This document shows, piece by piece, positions 48,330 through 56,563 of a DNA stretch of 64,000 nucleotides. The position numbers were made by a program, and so were the translations under genes. A model generated the notes under the pieces. It saw only the letters and a list, made by a program, of their open reading frames with translations. It did not search any database and had not been told where the DNA came from. Origin of the DNA: a virus (lineage: Duplodnaviria; Caudoviricetes); IMG/VR virus record IMGVR_UViG_3300014204_000113, positions 32,001 through 96,000 of that record; one strand, 5' to 3'. Positions within the stretch are counted from its first letter, which is position 1, and each line of letters starts with the position of its first letter.

Positions 48330-49349
48330 ATGAGTTTATCAGAAGAACAAAGAAAGAAATTGTATGATGACCACTCTATGGACGGAGCACACCAACAATC
48401 TTACAACAGCAGGGATGCAGGTGGTTTCAAAGGTATCTTTGACAGGGAAAAATGTCAGAAGTATGGAGTCAATTTTTGGAAGCCACAAGCGGGTGAACAT
48501 TTAATTGACATTCTTCCATATCTGTCTGGTGAAAATGCGCCTTATGTGGATGGGGTAAAAGCTAAACCCGACTCTCCAGCTTATGTAGTGGACATCTATG
48601 TGCATCAACGGGTCAATGTAAACAATGACCAGTATATTTGTCTTACCAAGTCATATCGCAAGCCTTGTCCTATTTGTGAAGCGATGGAAAAAGGCGATTA
48701 TTCCGCGGAAGAATTGGATGAAATGCGTCCTAAACGCAGAACCATTTACGCCATTATGGATTTGGACGCTACTTCTAAAGGAATTCAAATTTGGGAATTG
48801 GCTCACTGGTTCATGGAAAAGAAATTGCAGTATCGGGCCAAAAGACCTCGCGGCGGCGGATATGTAAACTACTCTCATGCCAAAAACGGAAAGTCAATTG
48901 CTTTTTCTATTACTGGAAGTGGGTTGAAAAAAGCGTTTGAAGGCCACGACTTCATTGATAGGGACGGACCCATTGACGAAGAAATTCTAGCTAAAGTTCC
49001 TTGCCTAGATGACTTGCTTCATATCCCGGAATATGATGAAGTCAAGAGAGCGTTTGAAAGTATGCAAGAAGAAGAACCGGAAGAAAGACAAGAAAGAGAA
49101 CCAGAACCAGAAAGAACAATGAAGTATGCGCCAGAACCAGAACATGAATATCCTGGTGATAAGAAAGAAGTAAAAGAAGCTGCAACAAATGAAAGCAATA
49201 AATGTCCAATTGGGGTGACATTTGGGGCGGACTTTGACCAATACGAAGATTGTGATGAGTGCATTGTCCGCATTGAATGTAAACGAGAAAAAGAAGGACC
49301 GCCTAAAGATAATGTAACACCGATGCCGCGGCGCAGAAAGAAAGAATAA
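48330..49349 (+). CDS. Single-stranded DNA-binding protein (T4 gp32-like)
   Basis: FWKP..G, ILP, VH..C..PCPICE zinc motif, acidic region. Confidence 0.75.
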   Translation: MSLSEEQRKKLYDDHSMDGAHQQSYNSRDAGGFKGIFDREKCQKYGVNFWKPQAGEHLIDILPYLSGENAPYVDGVKAKPDSPAYVVDIYVHQRVNVNNDQYICLTKSYRKPCPICEAMEKGDYSAEELDEMRPKRRTIYAIMDLDATSKGIQIWELAHWFMEKKLQYRAKRPRGGGYVNYSHAKNGKSIAFSITGSGLKKAFEGHDFIDRDGPIDEEILAKVPCLDDLLHIPEYDEVKRAFESMQEEEPEERQEREPEPERTMKYAPEPEHEYPGDKKEVKEAATNESNKCPIGVTFGADFDQYEDCDECIVRIECKREKEGPPKDNVTPMPRRRKKE

Positions 49350-49373
49350 AGAGAAACTTTTTCTACTGACCTA

Positions 49374-49402
49374 TTGACAAATTTTGGGAAAAATTCTACA
49401 AT
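49374..49402 (+). promoter_or_regulatory. Promoter upstream of recA and downstream array cassette
   Basis: TTGACA-17-TACAAT. Confidence 0.65.
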
Positions 49403-49494
49403 AAAGGTAGTCAAAATTTCCATTTCCCATCCTCCTAAACCCCTAACCCTGTCCCATCTGAAAATGGTGGGGCAGGAACTTTATGGAGTTTATA

Positions 49495-50586
49495 ATGCCA
49501 CCAAGAAAGAAAACAGATGATGTTGTAAATCAAATCAAAGAAGTTGCAAATAGTCCTGTGAGAAAAGATGATGAACGAGTTGAGTTTTTGAACAGTGGTT
49601 CAACTTTATTAAATTTAGCTGCTTCACAAAAAGGTAAAGATGGTGGATGGGCGCGAGGGAGAGTAATTAATTTGGTTGGTGATTCTAGTTCTGGGAAAAG
49701 CGCCCTTGCATTAGAAGTTTGTGCTCAAAGTCTTTACAATATTAAAAATATAGAATCTAAAATATATCCAAAACCTCAAAAGGTTTCAATAGTTTACAAC
49801 AATGTTGAAGGCGTAATGGATTTTCCAATTTCACAAATGTTCGGTGAGAAATTTAATAATGAAATCGAATGGATACAAACACCAACTTGTGAAGGTTTTG
49901 GTAAAGATTATCAACAAAGAGTCCGTAATTTAAAATCTGGAGAATTTCTTTTATATATTTTAGATTCAATTGATGCTTTAACAACAGAAGCTTCTTCAGA
50001 AAGAATGGATCAACTTTTAACCGATAAAAAAGTTGGTGGTTCTTATGGTTTAGAAAAACCAAAATTTTTTTCAAGTGAATTTTTCAATCATTTATGTGGA
50101 ATAATGAAAGGAAAAGATTCAACACTAGTTTGTATCAGTCAAGTTAGACAAAATATTGGCATAATGTTTGGGGAAAAACTTACAAGAACTGGTGGGAAAG
50201 CTCTAGATTTTTATGCACATCAAGTTTGTTGGTTGGCAACCATTGAAAAAATGAAGAAAACTTTTCGTAATCAAGATAGAATTTATGGAGTAAAAATAAG
50301 AGCACGTTTTAAAAAAAATAAAACAGCAATACCTTATAGAGAATGTGATTTTAGTATTATTTTCAATTTTGGAATTGATGATGTCAATTCAATGTTAGAT
50401 TTTTGTTTTGGTCCAAAAAGCAAGGAAATGACTTGGAATGACCAAGAAATGAAACGAGGAGATTTAGTAGAATTAATTGACAACTCAAAGGAGGATTATT
50501 TACTGCTACAAGAACTGACTGAAAAAATTTGGCATGAAATAGAGGAGGGAATAAAACCACGAAGAAAAAACAGGTTTATTGATTGA
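49495..50586 (+). CDS. recA: RecA/UvsX-like recombinase
   Basis: GDSSSGKS, LDSIDAL, ISQVRQNIG, TGGKALDFYA, KNK. Confidence 0.9.
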   Translation: MPPRKKTDDVVNQIKEVANSPVRKDDERVEFLNSGSTLLNLAASQKGKDGGWARGRVINLVGDSSSGKSALALEVCAQSLYNIKNIESKIYPKPQKVSIVYNNVEGVMDFPISQMFGEKFNNEIEWIQTPTCEGFGKDYQQRVRNLKSGEFLLYILDSIDALTTEASSERMDQLLTDKKVGGSYGLEKPKFFSSEFFNHLCGIMKGKDSTLVCISQVRQNIGIMFGEKLTRTGGKALDFYAHQVCWLATIEKMKKTFRNQDRIYGVKIRARFKKNKTAIPYRECDFSIIFNFGIDDVNSMLDFCFGPKSKEMTWNDQEMKRGDLVELIDNSKEDYLLLQELTEKIWHEIEEGIKPRRKNRFID

Positions 50587-50709
50587 GGTTAGGTTTGGTT
50601 AGGTGGGGTCCGGTAAGGTGAGGTAAGGTGAGGTGTGATGAGGTTGGGTAAGGTGGGGTGAGGTAAGGTATGGTAAGGTACGGTATGGTAGGCTAGGGTG
50701 AGGTATGGA
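50587..50709 (+). repeat. GGT-NN pentamer array B (24 units), candidate guide RNA
   Basis: Starts at the base after recA TGA; NN = TA TT TA GG CC AA GA AA GA GT GA TG AA GG GA AA AT AA AC AT AG AG GA AT. Confidence 0.92.
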
Positions 50710-50711
50710 TT

Positions 50712-51026
50712 TTGCGACTTAAATTTGAAAGTTGTTTTGAAACTCAATTTCGGGAAGAACTTGAAAGTCGTGGATTCATAAAGAATAAAGATTTCATACA
50801 AGAATTTCCAGTTCGGTATCCAACCCGAATAATCGACTTTGTATTTTATGACAAAAAGGTTGGTGTTGAATTGGATGGTCCACATCACATTGGTAAGAAA
50901 AAGTATGTTGACAAGTGGAAAGATGAAAAAGCAATAAAACAAGGATGGGTTATTGTAAGATTTGATTTGGAGCAAATGAAAGATATCAAGAATTGTGTTG
51001 ATATGGCTTTAAGTTTGATTAAATGA
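50712..51026 (+). CDS. DUF559/Vsr-like endonuclease
   Basis: QEFPV..IIDF..VELDGPHH..D..KD..GW.IVRF. Confidence 0.8.
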   Translation: MRLKFESCFETQFREELESRGFIKNKDFIQEFPVRYPTRIIDFVFYDKKVGVELDGPHHIGKKKYVDKWKDEKAIKQGWVIVRFDLEQMKDIKNCVDMALSLIK

Positions 51027-51033
51027 ATTTTAT

Positions 51034-51096
51034 GGTGCGGTTGGGTCTGGTGTGGTACGGTTTGGTCAGGTATGGTCAGGTAGGGTAAGGTATGGG
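51034..51096 (+). repeat. GGT-NN pentamer array C (12 units)
   Basis: NN = GC TG CT GT AC TT CA AT CA AG AA AT; ends GGGTTTTT. Confidence 0.9.
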
Positions 51097-51122
51097 TTTT
51101 TCTATACTCAAATTAAAACAAG

Positions 51123-51653
51123 ATGGAGAAACAAATCATGGAGTTGACAAGAATTAAAGTAACAGTTCATGGAACAAAACCTCTTTTGGTGCATCGTTTT
51201 GCGGAAGAAGAAAGCGGCAAATCCAGGAAGAAAGCAACTGAGGATTCAAAAACGCAGGCAGAAAAGGCTCTTTACACAAATGCAGATGGACCTTATGCAC
51301 CATCTTCTTGGTTTGAAGGAGCTATGGTTAAAGCCGGTGTAAATTTCTCGTTGCGCGGCAAGAAAACTTACAAAGATTTGGTTAAAAGTGCGGTTGTGGT
51401 GACACCAGAAGAAATTCCTCTACGCAACGAATGGGAAGTAGATTCTCGTCCTGTTGTGATTAGCGGCAGGATTATGCGCCATCGTCCTAAATTTAAAGAA
51501 TGGTCGGCAGAATTCACAGTTGAAATTACAGACCCGCAATTACCAGCAAATGTCTTGCAAGACATTTTGAAAGATGCAGGACAATATTGTGGCGTGGGTG
51601 ACTACAGACCCAAGTTTGGTACTTTTGAAATTGTTGAATTTAAAGAAATTTAA
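51123..51653 (+). CDS. Small RAMP/Cas7-like protein 1 associated with GGT-NN arrays
   Basis: IKVTVHGTKPLLVH (beta1), PSSWFEGAM, R.RP, C-terminal glycine loop GVGDYRPKFGTF; paralogue of 55107-55661. Confidence 0.7.
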   Translation: MEKQIMELTRIKVTVHGTKPLLVHRFAEEESGKSRKKATEDSKTQAEKALYTNADGPYAPSSWFEGAMVKAGVNFSLRGKKTYKDLVKSAVVVTPEEIPLRNEWEVDSRPVVISGRIMRHRPKFKEWSAEFTVEITDPQLPANVLQDILKDAGQYCGVGDYRPKFGTFEIVEFKEI

Positions 51654-51660
51654 TTGATAA

Positions 51661-51702
51661 TTTATGTAGCAATAAAATTTAATTATTCTATTGCTACATA
51701 AA
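51661..51702. terminator. Inverted repeat after RAMP-like gene 1
   Basis: TTTATGTAGCAATA...TATTGCTACATAAA. Confidence 0.6.
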
Positions 51703-51720
51703 AACAAGGTGGGCAGATTA

Positions 51721-51987
51721 ATGTACAAAATATACAAATACCCGTTTGAAATCAAAGATGAATTCATCATTGAGATGCCTTATGATTCAAAGATTCTCAA
51801 CGCCTTTTGCCAAAATGATATTCCTTGTATGTGGGCATTAGTTAATCCACAAAGAAAATTACAAAAACGTAAATTCACCATTATAGGTACAGGGCATCCA
51901 ATTGAAGAAACTTACAATTTAGAACATATTTCAACTTTTTCACAATCTGATGGCAAATTCATCTGGCACCTTTTTGAGATAGTCTAA
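51721..51987 (+). CDS. Conserved hypothetical phage protein
   Basis: IYKY, WALV, GTGH, FIWHLFE. Confidence 0.65.
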   Translation: MYKIYKYPFEIKDEFIIEMPYDSKILNAFCQNDIPCMWALVNPQRKLQKRKFTIIGTGHPIEETYNLEHISTFSQSDGKFIWHLFEIV

Positions 51988-52394
51988 TGCCAGAAGATGA
52001 CAACAAGAAATTTGAAACCATAGCGATTTCAGCGGATTTGATAGCTGAACAATTATTAATCGGTTTTGGAACTATGGATGTTGATGCAGCAAGCAGTTTG
52101 CAATTGGGAATGGTCAAGGCTTTGGCTGTGATGTGGGCAGCTTGTTCCAATGGTGATTCCAATGAAATATTTCATAAAATAATGGAAGCGATGCCGCCAT
52201 TAGCAAATTTAAAACAAGCAGGGTGGGTGCAATAATATGGATAAATTAAAAAAGATTTTTTCAGAAATTGAACCGAAAAAGATTCCTCCAATCCCAAAAC
52301 ACATAAGAAAAATATTGGATGATTATTCTGATATGGTGGACAACGCATTAAAGAAAGGTGAAGAATATAGAAAAAATTCAAAGGACAGATTCTA

Positions 52395-52934
52395 ATGGAT
52401 TACGAATATTATTTTTCGATGTGCGACAAAGTAGCGGAAAAAAGCAAATGTTTCAGTCGTAAAATTGGTGTTCTTGTAATGACACCAGACCTTAGTATTA
52501 TAAATACAGCGTATAATGGCCCAGCACGAAAAGTAAGTCATTGTGATAGTCAAGAACGATTACAATGGCTTGAAAAACAATTGAAAGATACCCATGTTGG
52601 AGCGGTAGATTTATATTTATTGGACAATGGCTATGGAACAAAGTGTCCTCGTCAAATATTAAAATTTAAAAGTGGAGAAGGATTACATCTATGTCAGGCT
52701 GCACATGCGGAAAGAAATGCAATTGCAAACTGCGCTAGAGAAGGAATAAAAACAAAAAATAACTGGATGTTGATGAATTGTAGCCTTCCTTGTCAAGAAT
52801 GTTCCAAAGGAATTATTGGTGCAGGTTTTTCAAAAATAATATGTGTTGAAGGTGATGATTATGACAAAGGAAGCCGGTGGATTTTAGATCAAGCTGGAAT
52901 TGAAATAGTTCAAATAAAAAGACAAAAAATATAA
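52395..52934 (+). CDS. dCMP deaminase
   Basis: SKC.SRKIG, YNGP, HAERNA, PCQEC. Confidence 0.9.
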   Translation: MDYEYYFSMCDKVAEKSKCFSRKIGVLVMTPDLSIINTAYNGPARKVSHCDSQERLQWLEKQLKDTHVGAVDLYLLDNGYGTKCPRQILKFKSGEGLHLCQAAHAERNAIANCAREGIKTKNNWMLMNCSLPCQECSKGIIGAGFSKIICVEGDDYDKGSRWILDQAGIEIVQIKRQKI

Positions 52935-53261
52935 AAAGAGAGGAATAAACAAATGAATTTTACGCCTGAAGAAATTAAAGAATTGGAAGAGGCGGTTGGT
53001 GTTTATCTTGAAATGGCCAAAGTTGTCAAACCAGTAGCAGAAGATATCGTTGATAGTATTTTGCAGTATGGACCTGTTTTAAGAAAATTGTTTGATGCCA
53101 TCATAGATTATCAAAACGAAAGAACCATTGCGACTATCAAACAATTTAAAGAAGCCGGTCTTGAACTTCACAACGATCAGATTCTTGCTTTGGTTCTTGG
53201 AAATAAAATGAGTTTTACTGACGTGTTGAAAAATATCAATTTTCAAAAATAAGGAGGAATA

Positions 53262-53690
53262 ATGAACATTTCCAAAGGCAGCAAATGGTATAAAATATTC
53301 ATGTGGTCATTGAGTATTTGTGAATCGTTTACTGGAAAACATTTATCATACAAATACCAAAATGGAACAAACCTTTGCCATATGATGCGAACCATATTTG
53401 TTTACATACCGTTGATCTTTTTGTCCCAGTTGTTGGTGTTGGGCGCGGCATTTTCGGTTTTAATTTACGTGCCGTTTAAATGGTTCGGAGCATTAACTTG
53501 GCTTGGTTTGATATTGGCAATAGTAGTTGGGTTTATTCTATTGTTTTCTCTTTTCATGGGTGGAGACAAACTTAAAAACAAGTTTGAAAGATGGTGTGAT
53601 GAAAAAGAACCAAGTCTTGTTTGGGAATGGATCAAAGCAAAGAAACATAAAATTTGTCCGTTGATCCAGTGGGAGAACAATCATGAGTAA
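53262..53690 (+). CDS. Membrane protein
   Basis: Two TM segments, C-terminal KAKKHKICP. Confidence 0.6.
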   Translation: MNISKGSKWYKIFMWSLSICESFTGKHLSYKYQNGTNLCHMMRTIFVYIPLIFLSQLLVLGAAFSVLIYVPFKWFGALTWLGLILAIVVGFILLFSLFMGGDKLKNKFERWCDEKEPSLVWEWIKAKKHKICPLIQWENNHE

Positions 53691-53996
53691 ATGGATAATG
53701 CCTCTTCCGGCTGTCGGAATCGCTCTCTTTGTAATCCCTTTTATCTTCGCGATTCAATTTGCTGTCCATCAAGATTATAAAATTTATGAAGGTCCGTGCT
53801 CATTTGTTGAATGGTCAACAGACAGTTTTAGATTGAAAATGAAGGTTAAATTTGACAATGGCAAAGAAGGAGAAACCTCTGACAAGAAAGCCTATCTACT
53901 TTTGGAAAAAGGTAAAACCATGATTGGTGAGTTGAAAATTTCTGGCGATGTTGATTTGAAAGAGCCTAAAGAAGAAAAGATTAAAGGATAATTAAT

Positions 53997-54437
53997 ATGC
54001 TACCAAGAAGCGGTTATCAACCAGAAGAAGAACTTGATTTGACGAATCCACCACAAGGTGATTCTGGTATTGATTGGCAAGAAATATTTTCCCAAACAGA
54101 AAAGAGGTCTCCTAAATTTTTTCAGATGTTGGTCAAGGCGGCTGACATCCACAATCGAAAAAACGCAAATTACGCAGGTTTGGGAAACGACCCGTTTGCC
54201 AATTTCAGAGAAGCGGAAAAATACGCTTGCCCTTCTTGCGGTGAAAAAATTCCAGCATGGCTCGGAGTAGCCATACGTATTTCGGACAAAACCAGTAGAA
54301 TCAACAACTTGCTTGGTGGTATTCCAGATATGGTTGGAGAAAGCCTTCTTGACACCTACACAGATTTAGGGGTTTATTCCAAAATTTTCTGCATTCTTTA
54401 CGAAGAATGGGAAGAGAAAAAGAAGAAAAAACTCTAA
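53997..54437 (+). CDS. DUF1599/Nmad-like (MazG-fold) protein
   Basis: RKNANYA..DPFANF, RISDK.SR, DT..DL..Y. Confidence 0.6.
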   Translation: MLPRSGYQPEEELDLTNPPQGDSGIDWQEIFSQTEKRSPKFFQMLVKAADIHNRKNANYAGLGNDPFANFREAEKYACPSCGEKIPAWLGVAIRISDKTSRINNLLGGIPDMVGESLLDTYTDLGVYSKIFCILYEEWEEKKKKKL

Positions 54438-54444
54438 AAATTTC

Positions 54445-54472
54445 TTGACAACCCGATTCTAAGGTTTATAAT
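54445..54472 (+). promoter_or_regulatory. sigma70-type promoter
   Basis: TTGACA-16-TATAAT. Confidence 0.65.
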
Positions 54473-54503
54473 AGAGGCAAATCTTTGAAGGAGGAACCTG
54501 AAA

Positions 54504-54758
54504 ATGAAAACCCTATTCCTGATTTTGCTTCTATGTCTGCTTGCAAGTCCCGCATGGCCCAGAGACCACAACAATTATGTAATCAGAGACAAGAATTATA
54601 CTGTCAAAAATTATGTCAAAGATGGAAAAATTTATGATAAGAATTACCGTCTTGAAGGTTACATAAGTCCTAATGGCACTATCAGAGATAGAAATTATAA
54701 AACTGAAGGTTATCTTGACAGGAATAGAAGTGGCGGTCGCAAAGGGCGAAACAAATGA
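54504..54758 (+). CDS. Small secreted protein with three I.DKNY...GY repeats
   Basis: Signal peptide; IRDKNYTVKNYV / IYDKNYRLEGYI / IRDRNYKTEGYL. Confidence 0.7.
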   Translation: MKTLFLILLLCLLASPAWPRDHNNYVIRDKNYTVKNYVKDGKIYDKNYRLEGYISPNGTIRDRNYKTEGYLDRNRSGGRKGRNK

Positions 54759-54928
54759 GAATTTCTGCTTACATTGTCATAATCGGTTTTGTCCTTGTAC
54801 TGGGTGGATGGATTTGGTTGGTGAATGATGTAGAATCCAAAAAACCAAGAGGTTTGAGTCCAAATCAGCAAGTAATGCTTGATAATGAAATATCAATCAA
54901 GAAAAAGATTTATGGTGATAGGAGATAA
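54755..54928 (+). CDS. Small membrane protein (57 aa, not in ORF track)
   Basis: MRISAYIVIIGFVLVLGGWIWLV...; ATGA overlap with upstream gene. Confidence 0.55.
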   Translation: MRISAYIVIIGFVLVLGGWIWLVNDVESKKPRGLSPNQQVMLDNEISIKKKIYGDRR

Positions 54929-54983
54929 ATTATGATTAATCTTTACATTACCAAATGCCATTAGAAGAGAATAAAAAGTTTAC

Positions 54984-55061
54984 AGCATGGTTAGGCGAGT
55001 CCGGGCGATGCTAGGTAGGGCATGGCCAGGCGGGTCTAGGTGTGGCAGGTTGTGGCGAGGA
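54984..55061 (+). repeat. GGY-NN pentamer array D (15 units)
   Basis: NN = AT TA GA CG GA TA AG AT CA GG TA GT AG GT GA; ends GGATTT. Confidence 0.88.
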
Positions 55062-55106
55062 TTTAAAAAACGAAAAATCTAACACAAATAAAAGGAGGAA
55101 CAACAA

Positions 55107-55661
55107 ATGAACTTGGTACTGTGTAAATACAAAATTACTGGCTTATTTCCACTTTTAACCCACAGTCCTGCTGGAATGAGGCAAGCGGCCAATGCGCCAA
55201 AAGTCAAGAAGATTCCATCGCCAGAAGATGAAGCACAAGCTGGTTTGTATATTGATAATGATGGAAATTATTGCATCCCGTCTATTGCTTTTCGTTCAGC
55301 TTTATTGAATGGATTGAAAGGGAAAAAGATTGGCAAGGTGGGTGCAATTTCAGTGTTTCAAGCTGCGGTTTTTAACGTGGACGAATTGAGTCCATTAGTT
55401 GACCCTGAAACTGGGCGAGCATTAAGGGAATATACGATCGACACTCGTAGAGCTATCGTGCAAAGACAAGGAATTTTAAGAAACCGTCCAAGATTTGAAA
55501 AATGGGGATGTAATGTTTTTCTTCAAATCGACTTGGAAATAACCACACCTGAGCAAGTAGAAGAAGCATTGAATACGGCTGGTCAAATCATTGGCGTGGG
55601 TGATTTCCGTATTGAAAAGAGAGGAATGTTCGGTAAGTTTCAAGCCGAATTGGTTGAATAA
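55107..55661 (+). CDS. Small RAMP/Cas7-like protein 2 associated with GGC-NN arrays
   Basis: KITGLFPLLTH, IPSIAFRSAL, RNRPRF, glycine loop GVGDFRIEKRGMFGKF. Confidence 0.7.
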   Translation: MNLVLCKYKITGLFPLLTHSPAGMRQAANAPKVKKIPSPEDEAQAGLYIDNDGNYCIPSIAFRSALLNGLKGKKIGKVGAISVFQAAVFNVDELSPLVDPETGRALREYTIDTRRAIVQRQGILRNRPRFEKWGCNVFLQIDLEITTPEQVEEALNTAGQIIGVGDFRIEKRGMFGKFQAELVE

Positions 55662-55679
55662 AAGATTTTAAAGATTTGT

Positions 55680-55749
55680 GGCAAGGCGAGGCTGGGCTAG
55701 GCGGGGCTAGGCGGGGCTAGGCGGGGCTAGGTATGTCAAGGCGAGGTTT
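55680..55749 (+). repeat. GGC-NN pentamer array E (13-14 units)
   Basis: NN = AA GA TG TA GG TA GG TA GG TA AT AA GA; internal (GGCTAGGCGG)x3. Confidence 0.88.
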
Positions 55750-55789
55750 GAAAAAGAAATTAAGAACAAGAAATATAATGATTTTTCGC

Positions 55790-55842
55790 GGCGGGGTGGG
55801 GCGATGCCCGGCCCGGCATGGTAAGGCAAGTTAAGGCGAGGG
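55790..55842 (+). repeat. GGY-NN pentamer array F (10 units)
   Basis: NN = GG GG GA CC CC AT AA AA AA GA; ends GGGTTTT. Confidence 0.85.
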
Positions 55843-55870
55843 TTTTCAAACAAAACAAAGGAGAATAAAT

Positions 55871-56548
55871 ATGCTAATCAAAGCAGCAGAATTGATTGAG
55901 GATTTCAGTTTATATCCACGTTCCCAAGTGGACACAACACATGTAAGAAATATTGCAGAAGCAATGATGGCAGGAGAAAAATTTCCGTCTATCATCATTG
56001 ATGAACAAAATAGGATTATTGATGGCTTCCATCGGAAAAGAGCTACATTGAGGGTTTTTGGAGATGAGGCTGATATTGAAGTAGAAGTTCGACAATATGT
56101 TAACGATAAAGAAAGATTTCTTGATGCTTTGAGATATAATTCAAGACACGGTAAGGGAATAACTGGAGTTGAACAGACAGGAGCTATTTTGAAGGCTCAA
56201 GGTTTCAAGATTGACCCTAAATTTATCGCTTCTGCTTTGGGAATCAGCCAAGAAAGAGTCAAAGAAATCGTGCAATGTAAAGTCGGGAACATTCGCCAAG
56301 GTACGACTGCTCATGGAGACCCAGTTCCTCTAAAACGCTCTATGCAGCATTTTGCTGGGAAAGAAATGACTGTTGAGCAAGTTAAGGTGAATGATATGGC
56401 TCCCGGCACGCCACAATCTCTTCTTATCAATCAACTTATCGGATTTATTGAAAGCGGTAGTTTACAACTGGAAAATGAAAAGATTGTTAATGGACTCATC
56501 CATTTGAAGGAACTTTTAAATGGATTGGTTTTGGAAAAAGCGGTTTGA
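55871..56548 (+). CDS. ParB/Srx-like domain protein
   Basis: YPR, FP.I.ID, IIDGFHR, N.RHG. Confidence 0.8.
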   Translation: MLIKAAELIEDFSLYPRSQVDTTHVRNIAEAMMAGEKFPSIIIDEQNRIIDGFHRKRATLRVFGDEADIEVEVRQYVNDKERFLDALRYNSRHGKGITGVEQTGAILKAQGFKIDPKFIASALGISQERVKEIVQCKVGNIRQGTTAHGDPVPLKRSMQHFAGKEMTVEQVKVNDMAPGTPQSLLINQLIGFIESGSLQLENEKIVNGLIHLKELLNGLVLEKAV

Positions 56549-56563
56549 AATAATTAAAGATTT

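Noticed and set aside
50589-50975. Minus-strand ORF with PYLTL/PHPTL-type repeats (also 36874-37230, 56554-56793)
   Set aside because: Shadow translations of the GGY-NN arrays; no RBS, opposite to transcription of the region.
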